DNA of 64,000 nucleotides from Geosiphon pyriformis uo1 (taxonomy: Eukaryota > Fungi > Glomeromycota): contig JAAOMT010000352.1 of assembly GCA_016748015.1 (NCBI GenBank), positions 124,001 through 188,000 on the forward strand, in the 5' to 3' direction. The notes under the pieces were generated by a model. That model ran no database searches and was not told the DNA's origin. It was given only the letters and a program-made list of their open reading frames with translations. Position 1 is the first letter of the stretch. Each line of letters opens with the position of its first letter. Below, one piece after another: positions 63,539 to 64,000 of the stretch. Both the position numbers and the translations under genes were made by a program.

Positions 63539-64000
63539 ATGACTTAAGAAAACAAAAGCATTATTTGATTATAAATTGTACAAATTAACCATTAAATGTG
63601 ATAAAAAGCCTATTATAGTTAAATATTGCTATTAGACAACTCCTTCAGCACCCAAGCAAAATCAAGAAGAAAAACAATCAGATAAATCAGATGATAAAGA
63701 AAATGAAAAAAAAAAAAAAAAAACTGCTAAATTCACATATACTATCCTCACTAGCAATAGCAAACCACTGAATAATATTAAAACAAACAAAAAAAGAATT
63801 ATTGTAAATGGCAAAATAATCTGTTGGCCTTATTATAATATGCTCAAAAAAATTTTTAACTGAAAACCCAGCAAGAAAACCAAATACAGTTATTGGTAAT
63901 ATGATCCTTATGCCTAGTATTAGTGTGATAAATTTCTGTATTTTCCTAGTGATAAATACAAATTCTATTTAATATATTACAAAAATTGAGCATTTATTAG
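63539..64000 (+). pseudogene. pol: Family A pol fragment (protease end, acidic/Cys-rich linker)
   Basis: Colinear with 13187-13670. Confidence 0.88.

Noticed and set aside
1-64000. Alternative genetic code to explain the frequent stops
   Set aside because: Stops differ between copies and map to TGG, CAA, CAG or CGA in sibling copies, so they are mutational.

Overview
Very AT-rich eukaryotic DNA made entirely of nested, mostly decayed transposons; I found no host gene. It looks fungal, and a Glomeromycotina origin (Geosiphon-like) is my unverified impression. Three Ty3/Gypsy-type LTR retrotransposon families with coding regions (called A, B and C here) and two further solo-LTR types are stacked inside one another, together with a TA-flanked TIR element and two remnants of a LINE-type element (RT, RNase H). 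Three elements keep both LTRs and 4-bp target-site duplications (TSDs): B(-) 7083-25485, A(+) 10096-17866 nested in it, and B(+) 30911-40577. The most unusual signal is an architecture shared by A, B and C despite unrelated LTRs: (i) integrase is a separate ORF with its own ATG, after a stop that ends RT-RNase H; (ii) a further ~220-240 aa ORF of unknown function (ORF-X), with weakly shared motifs, lies between integrase and the 3' LTR; (iii) a Cys-rich insert lies between protease and RT, plus a trimeric dUTPase in family B; (iv) a GGAGCTCA motif sits 26-28 nt before the 3' LTR; (v) LTR ends are TGTTAC...GTAACA. Families A and B also share an elongator-tRNA-Met-like primer binding site (PBS). 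All copies carry heavy C>T/G>A mutation on both strands, at CpG and apparently TpC. Coordinates and alignments were read by eye; internal domain limits are approximate.
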